64,000 nucleotides of DNA from Tubiluchus corallicola (GCA_030141605.1 JAQGDQ010000233.1:283829-347828), one strand, 5' to 3'; positions 41,701-56,193 are shown, counted from the stretch's first letter. The notes: a model not told the origin generated them from the letters alone. Made by a program: numbers and translations.

Positions 41701-42666
41701 AAGAAGAGGTCAAAGGACAGCTAGTTACGCGTAGCACCTGTCTGAAATCAGTTTTTGACTTATTTAATGCGTACATTAATAGCTGACAAATAAAAACCGT
41801 CACTAGTGCTCTGAGTTGAATTTAAAAGACAATTAAAACACATCACCAAGTTCAACGACTCCTCTCCACATTCACGGTCCTATCCATAATCATAAATATT
41901 CATAACAAATTTTATTTAGCAAATGATTTGACGCAATTGCACTGCTAAATTTGTTATCTCCAGGTGCGCCGCTGATGTATTGACACTGGCCGTCTGAATT
42001 AGTTTATTTATATGAACTATAAATCCTCAAAGCAACAATGACTGTTCACAGTCAGTTATTTTCGACCACCCTGCGTTTAGATTAGCAGGTTACGTAATAA
42101 AGTGCACATCACGCACCTGTATGTAAAAATGAGCACGTGATTCCAAAAAGCAAAACGGGTTGAGTTCAACGACTTTATCGCCTTATCACTCACACAATTG
42201 TCCACTTACACAATTAAATTCAGCGCACAGGAATTTTCTACAACTTTAGGCCTGCAACCAGAATGGCCTTTCTGAAGTTCACACAAAAGGTTTCAATTTC
42301 AAAGACAGTTTAGTTATATGAGATTAGATATCATTAGATTACTTTCTTTATTCGGCAATGTATATTGATATGAAAATGAACATTTTGCATCCCGTTAATA
42401 AAACAAAAATAACTCATCATCTATAACAAAAATCTATACAACAAAAATAAGCGTAAAAGTACATGTAAGTTCTCAAACTAATACAATGGCATTCACGTGT
42501 AGCACTAAACTGGAGTGCAATTTGTTTGGGAAAGGGAGGAAATAATTGTATCTGAAGTATACGCCATGCTAATTAACATCCTGCAATACTTGCAGAAGAC
42601 ACTTGTTTTCAAACCGTTTATTTATTTATTTTCCGCTGCGACACTGAATAACTCAAAAACCACATT

Positions 42667-43445
42667 AACTAGAGTCACATTAGCTAACTTGCAGGGTAAT
42701 CACCCGGGGCAGGGGCTCAGACATTGAAAAGGAAGTGGACATCGGCCATTTTTCGATTATCACTCAACTCCTCCTAGGACTTTGAGTTAAATTCAAATTT
42801 TTTTCACAGGCATTTAGGCCTTGTGGGTAGTGCATGAAAGTATTTTTCAGAGATTGTGGTGAGGGAAAATCCCGAGGTAGGAGTTCAAATGTAAAAACTG
42901 GGGAGCTTTATCACTCCCTCTTCGGCTGGGATTCAATGTTTAGGTATGTATGTGTAGCCAAGTAGGTGCAGACGCGCATTGTACTTTCCAGAAAGTAGGC
43001 GTGGCCAAATCACGTGACATAGGCGAAAGTGTTAAAACGGGGTAATGTCAATAACCGCATAAATGTAAGAGATAGAACAATGAGCAACTGAGATAGTGTT
43101 TGAGAAAATGGAATAGTGATTTATGACCTTGGGGTTAAAGTGTCAATGACAACAAACATCTACCAGTTTTTCAATAGGCTATATCTTCCCCTACAGCGTT
43201 TGGGTGAGAGCCACAACTACTGGTATATGGCTTCCGTGAGACAAATTGAGCGCCAAAAATGTCAAGTCCCGATTTCATTGAAACAATACACAATTTTCCC
43301 AGAGAGTCAAGTATCAGATTTCACATAAACAAAATTAAACGGGCATTGCAATTCTATAAAATTTACATTATGAGCTTTAAGCAAATTTTAGAATCATTTA
43401 AAGGTCAAGTTATGGAATGACAGATTTCGTTGACCTGGAGTGTAA
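42667..43445. mobile_element. Putative non-autonomous interspersed element
   Basis: Begins AACTAGAG, with a composition shift and TGACCTTG/AAGGTCAA and TCACGTGA motifs typical of invertebrate repeats. No termini proven. Confidence 0.3.
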
Positions 43446-46400
43446 TTCCTAAGTAACCAAGCACGCGAATTCTATGACATTATTTCACAACATTACGTTG
43501 CATTAAATTACATTACATTACACTTGCAAAACGTATTTCAGAATCTTCGGTTAAATATACATTAAAATGAACACACGCTTAGTCTGCTTTCAATTTCAAG
43601 TTAACTAGCGCAATCCTGAACATGAATTGAGATTTCTGCACATAAAACATTTTTATATCCTGCCGTGACCACTAAAAAAACTGGGAACCCTTCGGACCTG
43701 CGCCTACTTCGCCATAGTGGTGCACCCACGCCACCCCCATCCCGACAGCTGCGGCGAGCCACTAAACTAGGTCAAGAGAACCTGATAACCTTAGGAAGCT
43801 AAACAACACCACTGATCACTGCAGTGTTTGTTCATTTGACAGAACAGCGCTTATCTAACCGCCAGAGGGAGAGGGTGTCCGCATATCGTAAATGGACGAG
43901 TTGTTGATTTAATATGCTAATTTATGTAATTTTGCAAGGCTCAAACAGGCACAAGCATAATCTTAAGCAATATGCGGATCAACTGTGACACAACTTTGAC
44001 ATTCTTCCTCCTGGCTGCTGAGGTTGTATTTATATTGAAATTTCCAGTCATGGCACCAAGATAATAGATTGGGTGCTGAATGTAGAGGCAACAAAAAACG
44101 TCAAGTATGCCCGTTTATACACGCAGTGTTTCCGTTTTTCTCTTTGCGTCCACACTTTCGTTAAGTTTCTTCTTCGATTTCATACTCATATAGGGTTTCA
44201 GTAGGATTTCACATAGGTTTTCAGTGTTATTTCATTAGTGAAATTCATATTCACTCGCAACTAACTAGTGAATTCTAGTAACTAATTAATTTAACCTACA
44301 TCCAACTTGGAAAAAAATCGAAATTTGCCGCAAGCTAGCACATGTGTTCTCTGAGCAACTTACGTACGTTGGAGTTCCAAAACTTTCTAGGAAAATTATA
44401 TTATTATGATATGTATAAAGAGAATGCATTCTTGTTCGATGCATACAGAGCTTTATATAACCCCTCTGGCACTTCCTAAAAGATATTTGTTTAGCTGATG
44501 GCGGCAAGCGGCGAAAATACTCAGAAGCCAAAATAGCAGCATAAATATTTTTTATGTACCACAGGAAATGTTTTTGCTTGGATATGCAAGTTGCTCTCAG
44601 ATTTTGTTAAAAAATAATGAGCCATAACAAACACTGCTTTCACTGTAAGCGCGTATGCAGAAGCCTATTTTTACCAGCCTGTAATGTCATGCGTTAAATA
44701 TCCTGACTTACTGCGCAAAATTCTGAACTAAATAGCCTGCCACTCAGATTTTACATCGCCAAACTGCTCCCAGCAATTTAAGTTTCAGTTTTTCAACAGG
44801 TAACACAACAACTCCACAATGAAAATAACGTGAAACCAAATTTAAACACTTTTTTTATTTTCCATTACATGCAAAAGCATCTGAGTCACTTACATGCAAA
44901 AGCATCTGGTCATATACATGTGAAATGGGAAATCAGATGAAGTAATCTGAACCGAGCGAGGCTATGCCGAAATCAAATCGAGATCTGCGCCAAGAACTGA
45001 ATGAATACTAGCTCAACAAAATGCCAGCGATTAGATTTATAACAAAACGGATCTAAAAGCTAGACAAAGCCTAAGAAGAAAACTAGACTAGACGCGAAAT
45101 ATGTCAAGACGGGGACTATACCTAGAGTAAATTGAATAACCCCAAAACAAGCTAAGACCAAGCCAATTTTTAACGAAATTTGACTCCAGTTTGAGGTTGT
45201 TAGTTTTTTTGGGAATATTTCAAAAGCTACAGATTTAAATCTATACAGTTTTTGAAACATTACCAAAAAGCTTGTTCTGAGCGTGTTCAGTAAGATCTTG
45301 GTTTAGTTTTGCCTCGAGATATTTCAGGCAGGTCTCGGTCTTGCCTTGACTATGTAGTTTTTAGTCCTGTCCCCACATGTTCTCAGTCTGATCGCAGCCA
45401 TTTTGTTGAAAGGCTTCATTCAATTCTTGGCAACTTACACAGTGGCGAGTTGTCTTGATCTAATTTCTGATCAACATATCTTAGGTTTGTGCGCTCTTTG
45501 GTATAAAAGAGATTATACCAAAAATCTTGGTATATGGCCGAGTCTTGCTATTTTCATGATGGCGTAGTCTTAATTTGTTTTCAGTTAGATCTTGCTTACT
45601 TCGTTGTCCAGTCTCTGCTCAAGCCTCAGGCAATTTTGAATCCAACATCAACAATATATTGCCTTAATCATGGTCAGTCAATAATATAGCAGACGTCTCC
45701 AAACTTTCTTGACGGCCTATACTGAGTCACGACAGTTTCGGATAAAAATTAAAGCTTAGTTTACAATTGGTTAAGACTTGCAGAGTTAGGCCTAAGTGTG
45801 AACAAACTAACTGTTCAATTTTTTTCAAGTTTACATTGACTGAGTTTACTCACACCGTGCACATGCAGCGTATCTGAAAAATAACTCTTCGAGTTCGCAT
45901 GTAAGTGCTTTTAGTATGTGAGTCTTTTGTTGTAAAAAAGTGGGTCAGACTAGTTAATGACTTTGCGGCGACAGAGCTATATTTGAGTTCAGAGTTGCAG
46001 ACGCCAGCGAATCGCAAATGAGGAAACTGATCCACACAGACAGCTTGCGTATTTACTCATTTGCTGACTAGAAGACGGGCATAGCCATCTCAGGTGGTGC
46101 AAAGTTAAACGGATACTAATGGACAGTTAGTCAGTTCAGTCCAGTCATAGGAACATATTTCATGTTTTCCTCGACATTTTCGAACATCGACGACGTACGA
46201 CGAGGCCTACGCAGATGACATGAATTTGAAGTGATTGTTGTTAATATTGCTTCAAAGTGCTGAAACACATTAACATGACTGCAATTTGATCTTTGACGAT
46301 TTCAGCGTAAGGGTAGTTCAAGAATTAGAATATGACGTAGAAAGAGACGCCATGTCTGACGTTTTGGTATTTCAAGGGAAAGAAGTACCTTCACTTTTAA

Positions 46401-46963
46401 AACGTTGCTCAAGCAAATAACAGTCAATCATAGACAAACAAACTATCATTTGAAAAAGTAGTGAATTTCTAATTCTGGAAGACAAAATATGCTAAAATGA
46501 CGGCAAGGGTTTGCTCCTTACACTAAGCCTGGGGTTGTGCGGGTTATCTATCGAGTTATTAGTAAGCTACGTCAGACGGCTAAGTACTGCACGCTAACAC
46601 TGTAGCAGGTTGTTCATTGGAAGTGCGTTGCAAGAAAGTTAATGCTAGCTATTTGGCAGTTTGTGACCTGGCAGCAGTCCAAGTATACCTAGTCAAATTG
46701 CCTCTTTGGCAATCTCTTGTCTATGAGTATTCCAATAAATTTTGAGCACTTACTGCCTCACGTACATCTCACAAGCAAATATCAGACAAAATTGTGCAAT
46801 GACAAAGTATGCATATTGCACAGACAAAAGTACATTGCTAGGGAAATGTTACTTGTGGCAGATTTCAGAATCGCAATCGCGGAGAACGAGGTCAATCGTA
46901 GGACCTAGGCATTCACGATAAAATTTAAGTAAACGCTAGATTAAGGATGCATTGCTGTGCATG

Positions 46964-47026
<63 letters not shown>

Positions 47027-47036
47027 TTGTTGTTGT

Positions 47037-47074
<38 letters not shown>

Positions 47075-47113
47075 TTGTTGTTGTTGTTGTTGTTGCTGCT
47101 GTTGCTGTTGTTG
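46964..47113. repeat. Compound microsatellite (GTA)n(TGT/TGC)n
   Basis: Direct reading. Confidence 0.95.
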
Positions 47114-48478
47114 GAATACTAGATTGATTGACAAAACTTTTTAACCAAATATATTAATGCGCTAACAATCAGAAAAACAACAAATTTTCTAATTTATGAG
47201 CAAACTTGGTCGATGTTTTTTCGTAATAAAATCAAACAATCATTTACAAACTCGTGCCTGTATCATCATTCACTGATTTTGCTTCACACAGTCTTGTCTA
47301 AAAAGGTTTCTCTTTAATAAAGTTAGTGTTGTCTTCTAGGCGAGAAAATAGTCGTTGGCTGACTCTTACAGTCCCAAGGTTTTTCTGTATGTTTTTTCTG
47401 CAAGAGTAGGAGTAATGGGCAGTGAGTACTTGGAAATTTTCACAAACGATAGAGGACATGAGATAGTGAATAAAAATCGAGGATACAGCAACCCCTTTGT
47501 TTTTTTTGTTTCTTTGTTTCTTTAGGTAATTGTCAAAACCGAAAGTGCAAGAGACTTTTGCTTCAAGAATACATTTTGCAACTTATATGAAAGGAATAAA
47601 CAATTTTGTTTGTCACATGTTTAGCAGTACACTAATAATATGGACCAGCTCGTTTGTTTTGTACTTTTATAATCATAAAATCAAATTTATTGATTTTTTG
47701 ACAAATATATGAGCAAATAAACGTTATTTCACTTATTACTCGAATTAAAAAAAAGAATAAAAGGAATTCAAATATTCAAGCACATTATTATACAGTTATA
47801 AAAGCTATGTGGCATGTGCTGAATCGCAATATAAATTTTTCAGTGTATATGCATCTTTTTTGTATAAAACAAGCAATTGTCCCAAAGGTATAACTTTATA
47901 GCGAAATAAAATACAATTTTCAAGGAAAGCGTCAGCAAAATATCGATTTGCAGTGCAGCCACTACGGTGAAGTACTTACATGCTGTTGGCAGCGTGCCAA
48001 ATACCGCAAGATGGATTGCAGGCAACAATTCAGTCTATGTTGGCTTCCTGGGTCTTGCATGGTACATATCATTTGCAACAAAGGGTGGAGATATCACTTT
48101 GGCTTCCTGAACCAAGCACACAGAAACGGAGAATAGCACACAGAATTTAGGTTTTAAAACGTGGAAAACACTTGGTTATATGCGTTGTTTCACTAGGAGT
48201 TTGGTCAGCGGTCGTCAAGTCGCAGCACTGAGCTCATTCATGGAGGGGGGTGGGGTGAACTAGACTGGGCCTGTCTAAACGTGATATAAAAATGTTAATT
48301 ATGTATGGCCAAATCATCCAATCCTGTTAGGTATAGAGGGTTCCAGATTAACATTATTATAGTAGCCTGGCGCTGTCAGTGTGAGTTGCAAGTTATGTGT
48401 CAGCACAAACAGGCAAACAAGGTAATTTATCGCCTGGATACAAAACAAAAAAGCCAAAAATGATAAAATTAATCCTAC

Positions 48479-49444
48479 CTGTTTACGCTTGTTGACTGTG
48501 CCGCCATACCACTTTTTTATCTCGTCTAACTTCTCTTTCAGTTCCTCAATGTTGTCCTGCTCTTCAGACACCAAAACGTATGACCGCCAATTACTCGATT
48601 CAAAGCCCCAGTGACAAGTTCTGTTCTCCTGTGGTTTGTGTGAGTGTCCCACAAATCTCTGAGGAGACAAAAATCCCTGGCACTCTAAGCACTTGATGCA
48701 CTTGGCTTGGCCTTCAATGTAAAGTTCGGGAATCAACAGCCCAGTACACTTTCCAAAGCACTCGTGGTACACATTGAAACTACATTTGGTGGGAGACTCG
48801 GTGCACTTTGGAGGGTTCTTGTGAAGCAAGGCATTGCACAGTCTCTCAGCGTCTGTCTTAGTGATTAAACCACAAAGAGGAGCACTGAATGGCAAGATGC
48901 CACAAATTTTAAGTATTTCCAGTTGCTCAGGGTTGCAACGGGAACAAAATATTTGCTGCTCATCACAAACCAGATTAATTTGCTGCAGCGAAAAGTCTCT
49001 CAAAATACTGTTGAGTATCTGTGGTAAACAAAGTCTTTTCTCACCACCTACGTAGAAGCAAGATATCATTTCGCCTTCTAGTTCTGTCTCGCTTCTTTCC
49101 GACCGGGTTTGATCAGCCTGGGATATAACAGGTAGCTGCTGCACAGGTAACGGTGGAGCGGCAAATATGGGATCGTAGTCGTAATCGTACTCACCCCGAT
49201 AGTTCGGCGTCATGTTTCCCAGTTCATTCTTCAACAACAGTGAAGACGAGTTGTTGAATTTCTTGCGATTTTGGTACATTATTTCCAAAGAAAGTCCGGC
49301 TGTGTGTGGAGGACTGAGAGCTAGGTCAGTCCAGAACGCAGCATAATTGGCCGGTCCATTCAAACTGTTCGTTGCTGCAGCTTGGTAGCTTTTCAACACC
49401 TTCTTCAGATGAGGGTTATAACCCGGGTGTGATAACGTTTCCAT
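48479..49444 (-). CDS. SKI: SKI/SnoN family corepressor, coding exon 1 (R-Smad-binding N-terminus, Dachshund-homology domain, SAND-like Smad4-binding domain)
   Basis: [21 protein letters not shown]...SLNGP; [24 protein letters not shown]; [13 protein letters not shown]; VYHECFGKC...HSH...[15 protein letters not shown]. Ends at KRKQ|GTAGGA. 966 nt, phase 0. Confidence 0.96.
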
Positions 49445-49700
49445 TGTAGAACATACAATCGCGATCTGCTCACTATTTGCACACACATCAGCATTTCATA
49501 CTCGTTTTGTATACGCTGTCCAGACGTCTGTCTCGCCCGTGCGCTGACATTGCCGGCTGTTCCACGAGTGCGCGCGCACCCCCCGCTGACTAGCAACCCA
49601 GAAAACGAATCTGCGCTGCAAACATAGTTGGTCAAAGTATGCAGCTTCTTTGGTGCGACTCGTATATACTACCCGATCGTCAGTTTCGGCAATATTTGGA
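49445..49700 (-). promoter_or_regulatory. Probable SKI 5' leader / proximal promoter
   Basis: CpG-rich patch upstream of the ATG, containing palindromic CAGACGTCTG at 49521-49530. Confidence 0.45.
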
Positions 49701-52562
49701 GTTCTGTTCGTACTGCCAAGGTAAAATTGACGAAGTTCAAGTATTACAAAATTAAATGTGTGCTAAAATTGTCGTGGCCTAAACGCTGAATAAAGCTTAA
49801 AATTTTGCTCTGGCAGCACATGTTAGAAGGCTTTTCCTGACGATGAGTTAGATTTTGGTTTTACCACATTAACCTAGGCTTTGTCATTGATTCTGATTTG
49901 CAGCGTGCCGATCTTATAATAAAAATATGTTGTCAAATGAAAAGTATAAATGTTGTCAACCTGCCATCGTTTACGACAACAATGACAACACTCAGAAGCA
50001 ACAAAAATAATTATAAACGAAAACTAAGGCTGCCAGTCTCAACATAAAGGTTGCACTTCAAATAATACCAGCTTCCGTTTCCAAGAGCCAGAAAATAATT
50101 GGTTGTTGATTGCCAATTGATTACATACAATAGATTTTAATTCATTACTGAGTGTTGAAAAGGGTTGATGAGATTCGAAATTGCTTCTGTCTTCTGAAAT
50201 TGTTAACCTGTGCGTATAATATGAAGACGCTTGAAAGAAAGTGATCCACGGCTGGTTTATGGTTTCATCTTTGAAGACGATCGTCGATAGTGAACTAGTT
50301 CGCTATTCTGCCACAACTACCTGCTTTATGGTGCCCTTGAGTGTTCAATACTAGCTTGGAGAGGGCAAATTCTGTAAAAAATAGGTGTTAAATCTTCGAC
50401 AAGCGTCTAGGTATACTCTGAATAAAGTGATCCGTCGTTTTGTCTCAAGCACAATATTTACTACCATTTTTCAATTCGGTACAGGCTCGCACACAACAAG
50501 CCAAAATTCATTAATCATTCAGTGGCAATACATTGTAGTAACGCAATTAACGTTTAGCTCTATCAATAGAACTCAATTCAATTCAACTTTATTTTCTCAA
50601 TAACAGTTAAAAATAACATAGTTATTTGAGAATTTCAATGTGACCGAGATGGAACTGCGAAAGACTTGTTGGTTACTTAAGCACTGCTCCTTATTAAAAA
50701 CAAAAGTATACTTATAGCAGAAAAGTTTCAAAATGATTATTATATGAAAAACTTTACAGTATTAAAATAAAATTAGTATCATAGTTTACGCTTAGTAACA
50801 AAAATAGTTTTGTGAACGTTTAATCGCTTATTCTAATCAGAATTTTAAATGGTAGAAAAATAACAAATAGAGGCTCTAAGACGAGTCACTGAACTGTCAA
50901 TGGAATCTTGCTCACATTTGAGTAACGTAGCCAGAATAAGTATGTGGAGAATGAAACAGCCCAGCGTGACTACTAAACCCAGATGATCATTGCTTAACTT
51001 TGCTGATTCAGCTATTCACATCCTCTCTTACTAATATGTATTTGATAAATTAACATTACTCAACAACTCCTCCTTACAGAAGATTGTAAGGTAACAATGC
51101 TTAATCAGAATGTATACTGCAGGTAAATATATGTAAGTTACTAATTATAAATGGCATTCTGGGTCTGCATGTAACCTATGGATCTCTGCTAGAAATCCAA
51201 GGTAGCATCTCTCTATAATTTGCTGTGATTGTGACCAGTAATTTCCCCGTTTTCTGCTTTTGATTTTCTCTTGGTCTTTTATGTTGTATTTCTGTGATTG
51301 TATCCCCTACGATGTATGGTAATTTCTGCAAATAATATTAACAAAAAATTAATGACTTTTGTGACTTCCCTTTTTTCTTTTGTTTTGGCTGAAGGTAAAT
51401 CGAATTAGTGATTTAGAAACGTTGTGCTTTTCCCTTGTTGTAATTGAACGTTTTTTCATTAATTATATATATTTAATGCTGTATTGTAACAGATTAACAA
51501 TGCTGCATCATGCCACAATATACAATTTTATTACATTAATATAAACAAAGACAGTAAAGACAGAAAAAAATAATCAAGCCTGCCATTAAGGAAACAATAA
51601 TTAAACTAAGCAATGTTTACAAAGCGTTTTTAGGTATAGCACTTTACTACAACAAATAGCGATTGTAGTAAAGATTTGTTTTTTCTCTATACAAAAAGTC
51701 AAGTAAATGTCCTGACATTCGTAACACAGTTGTCTTAGGGACCCAAACTAAGGTATTAAATGACCATAAAATCCAAGTAGCCCATGGAACATAAATAATG
51801 CATCACATTCATTATAAGCATGGCAATACAATGGCAAACTATTGGTTATTCTATCTATTGGTGAATATAGTTTTTTTTGCCATGCTGGTGGTAAACAGAT
51901 GGCATGTAAAATCTAGCAATCGGCAGCAGTCGATAGCTGCTAGAGTATTACTTTGAAAGGTTTATCAGAACTCGTGATTTCTATTAATGTTAGTGTTAAA
52001 ATTGTGGATTCAAAAAAGAATATACAATAATAGTGAATTTCTTTAAATTTCTGATGATTATATCGACCAATTTAGCAGAAGATTGTACTATGGTATTTAA
52101 CAGAAACACAACAACATGTATAACTAGTTTGCAACCAAGGAAATGCAAACGTATTAAATGGCTGTGCAATTCGCTCACATCGAAAAGATCCTATGCCAAA
52201 AGCATGACAAAATCATAATTATACATGTAAATGCTACATATGAAGTCAACAGAATAAGTTTGGTTCAAATTTTTAAGTTCACAAACATGAAAATTCAATA
52301 GTACATATAAATAAGAAATATTTGCAAGGTATATACACAATTCCATGTATACAACAATGAATGGTTACAGACAGAAGAAATGGATTTTTATGCATTTTTA
52401 AACATTTTCATGTATAGCATAAACTACACAACTTCACCGAACAGGTCTGTCTTTTACAACTGACCATGACAACAGAGATCACTCAAAGACGAAAATGGCA
52501 AAAATCATTGACCATCACTAGATGACCAAGCTGGCTAAAAATATACAGGGTAAACTATGAAA

Positions 52563-52636
52563 TTAATCTAGACAGATAATATCTCCACTACTTGTCTTTG
52601 TGAATGTTTTACCACCATCACCTTGTCCTGCAGGAC
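52563..52636 (-). CDS. CHD4: CHD3/4/5 last coding exon
   Basis: TAG acceptor, phase 1: SPAGQGDGGKTFTKTSSGDIICLD*. The tail resembles the CHD3 C-terminal VICIDD. Confidence 0.82.
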
Positions 52637-53059
52637 CTATACAAGCACAAAAAAAGTTTTAAATTACCCCAATCCGACAATAGTACAAAGTAAAAACTCC
52701 CACTTTGGATTGTTTAGATAATAGCTGAAAGCATCATTTTTAGATAAAACTGTTGATTACTGTGAGATATATTTCACAAAATATATGATGTATTTTTGCT
52801 GTTTTCTATGTAACTCACCAAGTTGATCAAAGCAAGTTCACTGAGCAGAATATACGGTTTAGCATCGAACTCAAAACAGTACAAAAACGTCCAATTACTG
52901 ACAGACAAAATAAGTGTTACTTCTGAGAATTAAGATTGGTAGTTGAAGCTAAAAAATCCAAAAATTAACTTAGAAAATAGACCAATGTAGTGCACAAGAA
53001 AAACAAGCCTATTCTTCCTACTCTGCATGCCTACAACTTTTTTAAACAAACATAGGCAG

Positions 53060-53600
53060 AAAATAGCAATAACGTGAAAACCAAATTTGAAGGAAAACTG
53101 TTTTGTAAGAACTTTTGGAATTTTTCAAAAAAGGCAGTCAGACTTTCCACATAACAAAACGATCCCAACCCTTCATTTTTAAAAGAAAGTGCTGACATTT
53201 ACCAACCAAGTAAATATTTCAGAAAAGCATTGATTGATAAAAATAAGTGCTCCAGGATCAGATAAAATAACTTACAGATTGTTAAAAAACTACCCTACTT
53301 ACAAAAACCCTGCAAAGTTGTGTACCACCAAGCTCTTGGTGTCAAAGCCATATTAGTCTAATCTAGGAAAAATTTTGACCTAAAGACCCTACAGATTTCA
53401 GCATGATAGCATCCTCTCTCTAGCTGCATGTTAAAAATTTTCCATCAAATTATTGCTGATCATACTGTCTTTTATCAAATCCAATGGGCTGATGAGCACT
53501 GCCTTACAAAAAGCTTTTATAAAAGGAATTAATAGTTGTGTAGAATATAATACTGTTTTACATGAAATAATATCTGATATGAAAAATAGAATGTCATTTC
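53060..53600 (+). mobile_element. Decayed non-LTR retrotransposon RT fragment (R2/NeSL-like)
   Basis: QKAFIKGINSCVEYNTVLHEII resembles the QxxF..G..GC.EH RT segment; KNFWNFSKK lies upstream. Confidence 0.55.
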
Positions 53601-53736
53601 GCGTTCTGAGAGGGAAGATGTCTTTGGCTCTTTTTTGTGCACTTTTGTTTTTAGTTCGACTGAAGTGTAATAATGGAAAATGTTATTAATTAAATAATAA
53701 TTAATCAACCCTCTTATTAAACTATTTTTCACATAC

Positions 53737-53869
53737 TTGGCACAGCAGGACTTTCACTTCTACTTGTGCTTCCACTTGGTACAGGAGATGCTTGTGTGCG
53801 GACAACGCTAGGACTTGATGCACTGCCAACACCCATAAACTGAGGTGCTCCGGAATGAGATACAACAGT
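53737..53869 (-). CDS. CHD4: CHD3/4/5 penultimate coding exon (S/P-rich)
   Basis: TTTTTAG acceptor, GTATGT donor, open phase 0->1: TVVSHSGAPQFMGVGSASSPSVVRTQASPVPSGSTSRSESPAVP. Confidence 0.8.
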
Positions 53870-54037
53870 CTAAAAACACAAGAATAAATAATTTCAATCG
53901 AGTAATCATAAGAAAAATTTGTTCATTCTGGTCAACAGTGGGATAAGAAGCTTCAGTTCACAAGTATGTAAATCTTGCTAAACTTTGCACGATCATTAGC
54001 AATGGATTAATCAAAAGATGCTAAATTTTGTCGCCTG

Positions 54038-54102
54038 TTTTCTCACTTAAATTTTGCCACCTATTTTCTCACTTAAATTATGCCACCTACTTTCTCACTT
54101 AA
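54038..54102. repeat. 26-bp minisatellite, ~2.5 copies
   Basis: TTTCTCACTTAAATT(T/A)TGCCACCTA repeated. Confidence 0.85.
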
Positions 54103-54673
54103 TGATAATTTCCAAAAACATTAAGGGATAGCAACAAAACAGAAAAAACACTAGAAACTAAATTGGATATAGCTTCAAAATTATACAAATTGTGCAGTCA
54201 CTTTATTGTGATCACAATAAAAAACTTCTTTATGTTTAATACAAAACAATGTATAATTGTAACCACTAAAACTCACAAAATTACACAAACCCAATACTGT
54301 TCAGGAAGAAGCCGTTGGCTTCATTTAAGGATAATTCACTTAACACAGTGGATTTCTGCTAAACCAAACTATGATTGATTTTAAACAGTTGGCACTTCGC
54401 AAGCTAGGATCAAGCACTCAAGGGTAATGCTTACTTAATGTAGATGGTTGTACTAGAACCAGAATGTAGTCTACTATCAAAGATGTACCTCAATCATTCA
54501 AGATGAGAGTGTGAACCAATAGATGTACCTTAGCCACATTTGGATGCATATTCCCTCAACAAAAAATTTAAGCAGTCTATTTAAAAGTATGATAGAGTCA
54601 TGAAATTTGAATAGCTAATACTGTTATTTGTCAATAAACCGATTTTGACAATTCCATTACTAAAAGTTAATTA

Positions 54674-54898
<225 letters not shown>

Positions 54899-56040
54899 TT
54901 ACAGTATACAGTAATGATTCCATTAAATACACAAAAAACCCTCACATTGGAATAAAACTTTTTGCCATGAAAATAGATGCATATACTATGAATAATATTA
55001 AGTATTGAACAAAAAGCGCAAAATTTGAAGATTTCAATGCAGTTTAAATACAAAAATTCAATTTTCTAAAGAAAGAAAAAATATAACTTATCTTTTTTTA
55101 GTTTTGTTTTTACTTACATTTTTAAAACTATGTGTTTAATTTTCATGACACTTCAGTTATTTTTCTCGAATAGAGCAACAGCGTTATTGACAATACAATG
55201 TAAACATACTAATACGAATACAATAAAGACAATACAAGCATACTAATATCTAGTTTTTCATTTTTATAAATTTGGCAAGGTGGTAGTAATCAAGCATAAA
55301 AAGTTTATTTTTTGGCCTTTCTTGGCAAAAATTAAAGAGCAAGTGCCAAAATCTTTCGGGTTTATCCTGTTAAAAATTACATACAAATCGGATAAAAATT
55401 CTCGGCTTTATAGCATCTTAAAAAAAGCTAACTTTTTCGTCCATCCTGTACAATTACAACAATAAGCCCTGATAAACTCTGCTAACAGATTAAAATAATA
55501 TATCTCAAACGTTTTCGTAACTGTTGTCAAGGTAGAAGACGTGTGCAGAGAAGCAATGCAACTAGAGATACAAGTGAATCAGAATCTAGAAGGCCGAACT
55601 TAGAATAAAAGTATATGTATAGATTACATCAATAACTTAATTATACAATAATAAAAATGTGCATTATATTTGCAGTCACTGAAACATAAATCAAATAGCA
55701 GTGTTATCGTTTTTGCTAATAAAATTAAAATTTAGTACCCAGTTGTACTTTCATAAGCAGGTTGAATTGTTTTAACACCCCGTTAGTAAAATTATAACCT
55801 TGCCAATAAGCCAAAAAACCTTGTCAATTTAAACTTCAGCTTTTGAGAATTGCAAAATCATTACAGTACTACTGTATACTACTACATATATAAATACTAC
55901 TGTATAAACATATATATATGCTTTGACCTAGGCTCACAAGTAGGTAAATCTGGCACTGCTCATAACAATATAACTGACAGTATATGCTTATGAATTATCA
56001 AAATACTAACTCATTGATATTTGTAAAACAGCATCTATCA

Positions 56041-56193
<153 letters not shown>

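Noticed and set aside
48314-48478. Hydrophobic C-terminal extension of the 390-aa SKI ORF (apparent TM helix)
   Set aside because: Read-through into the T-rich intron after the GTAGGA donor; there is no evidence for a retained isoform.
49445-49486. ORF-track start of SKI at 49486
   Set aside because: It is a GTG called by prokaryotic rules; the first in-frame ATG (49444) matches the SKI N-terminus.
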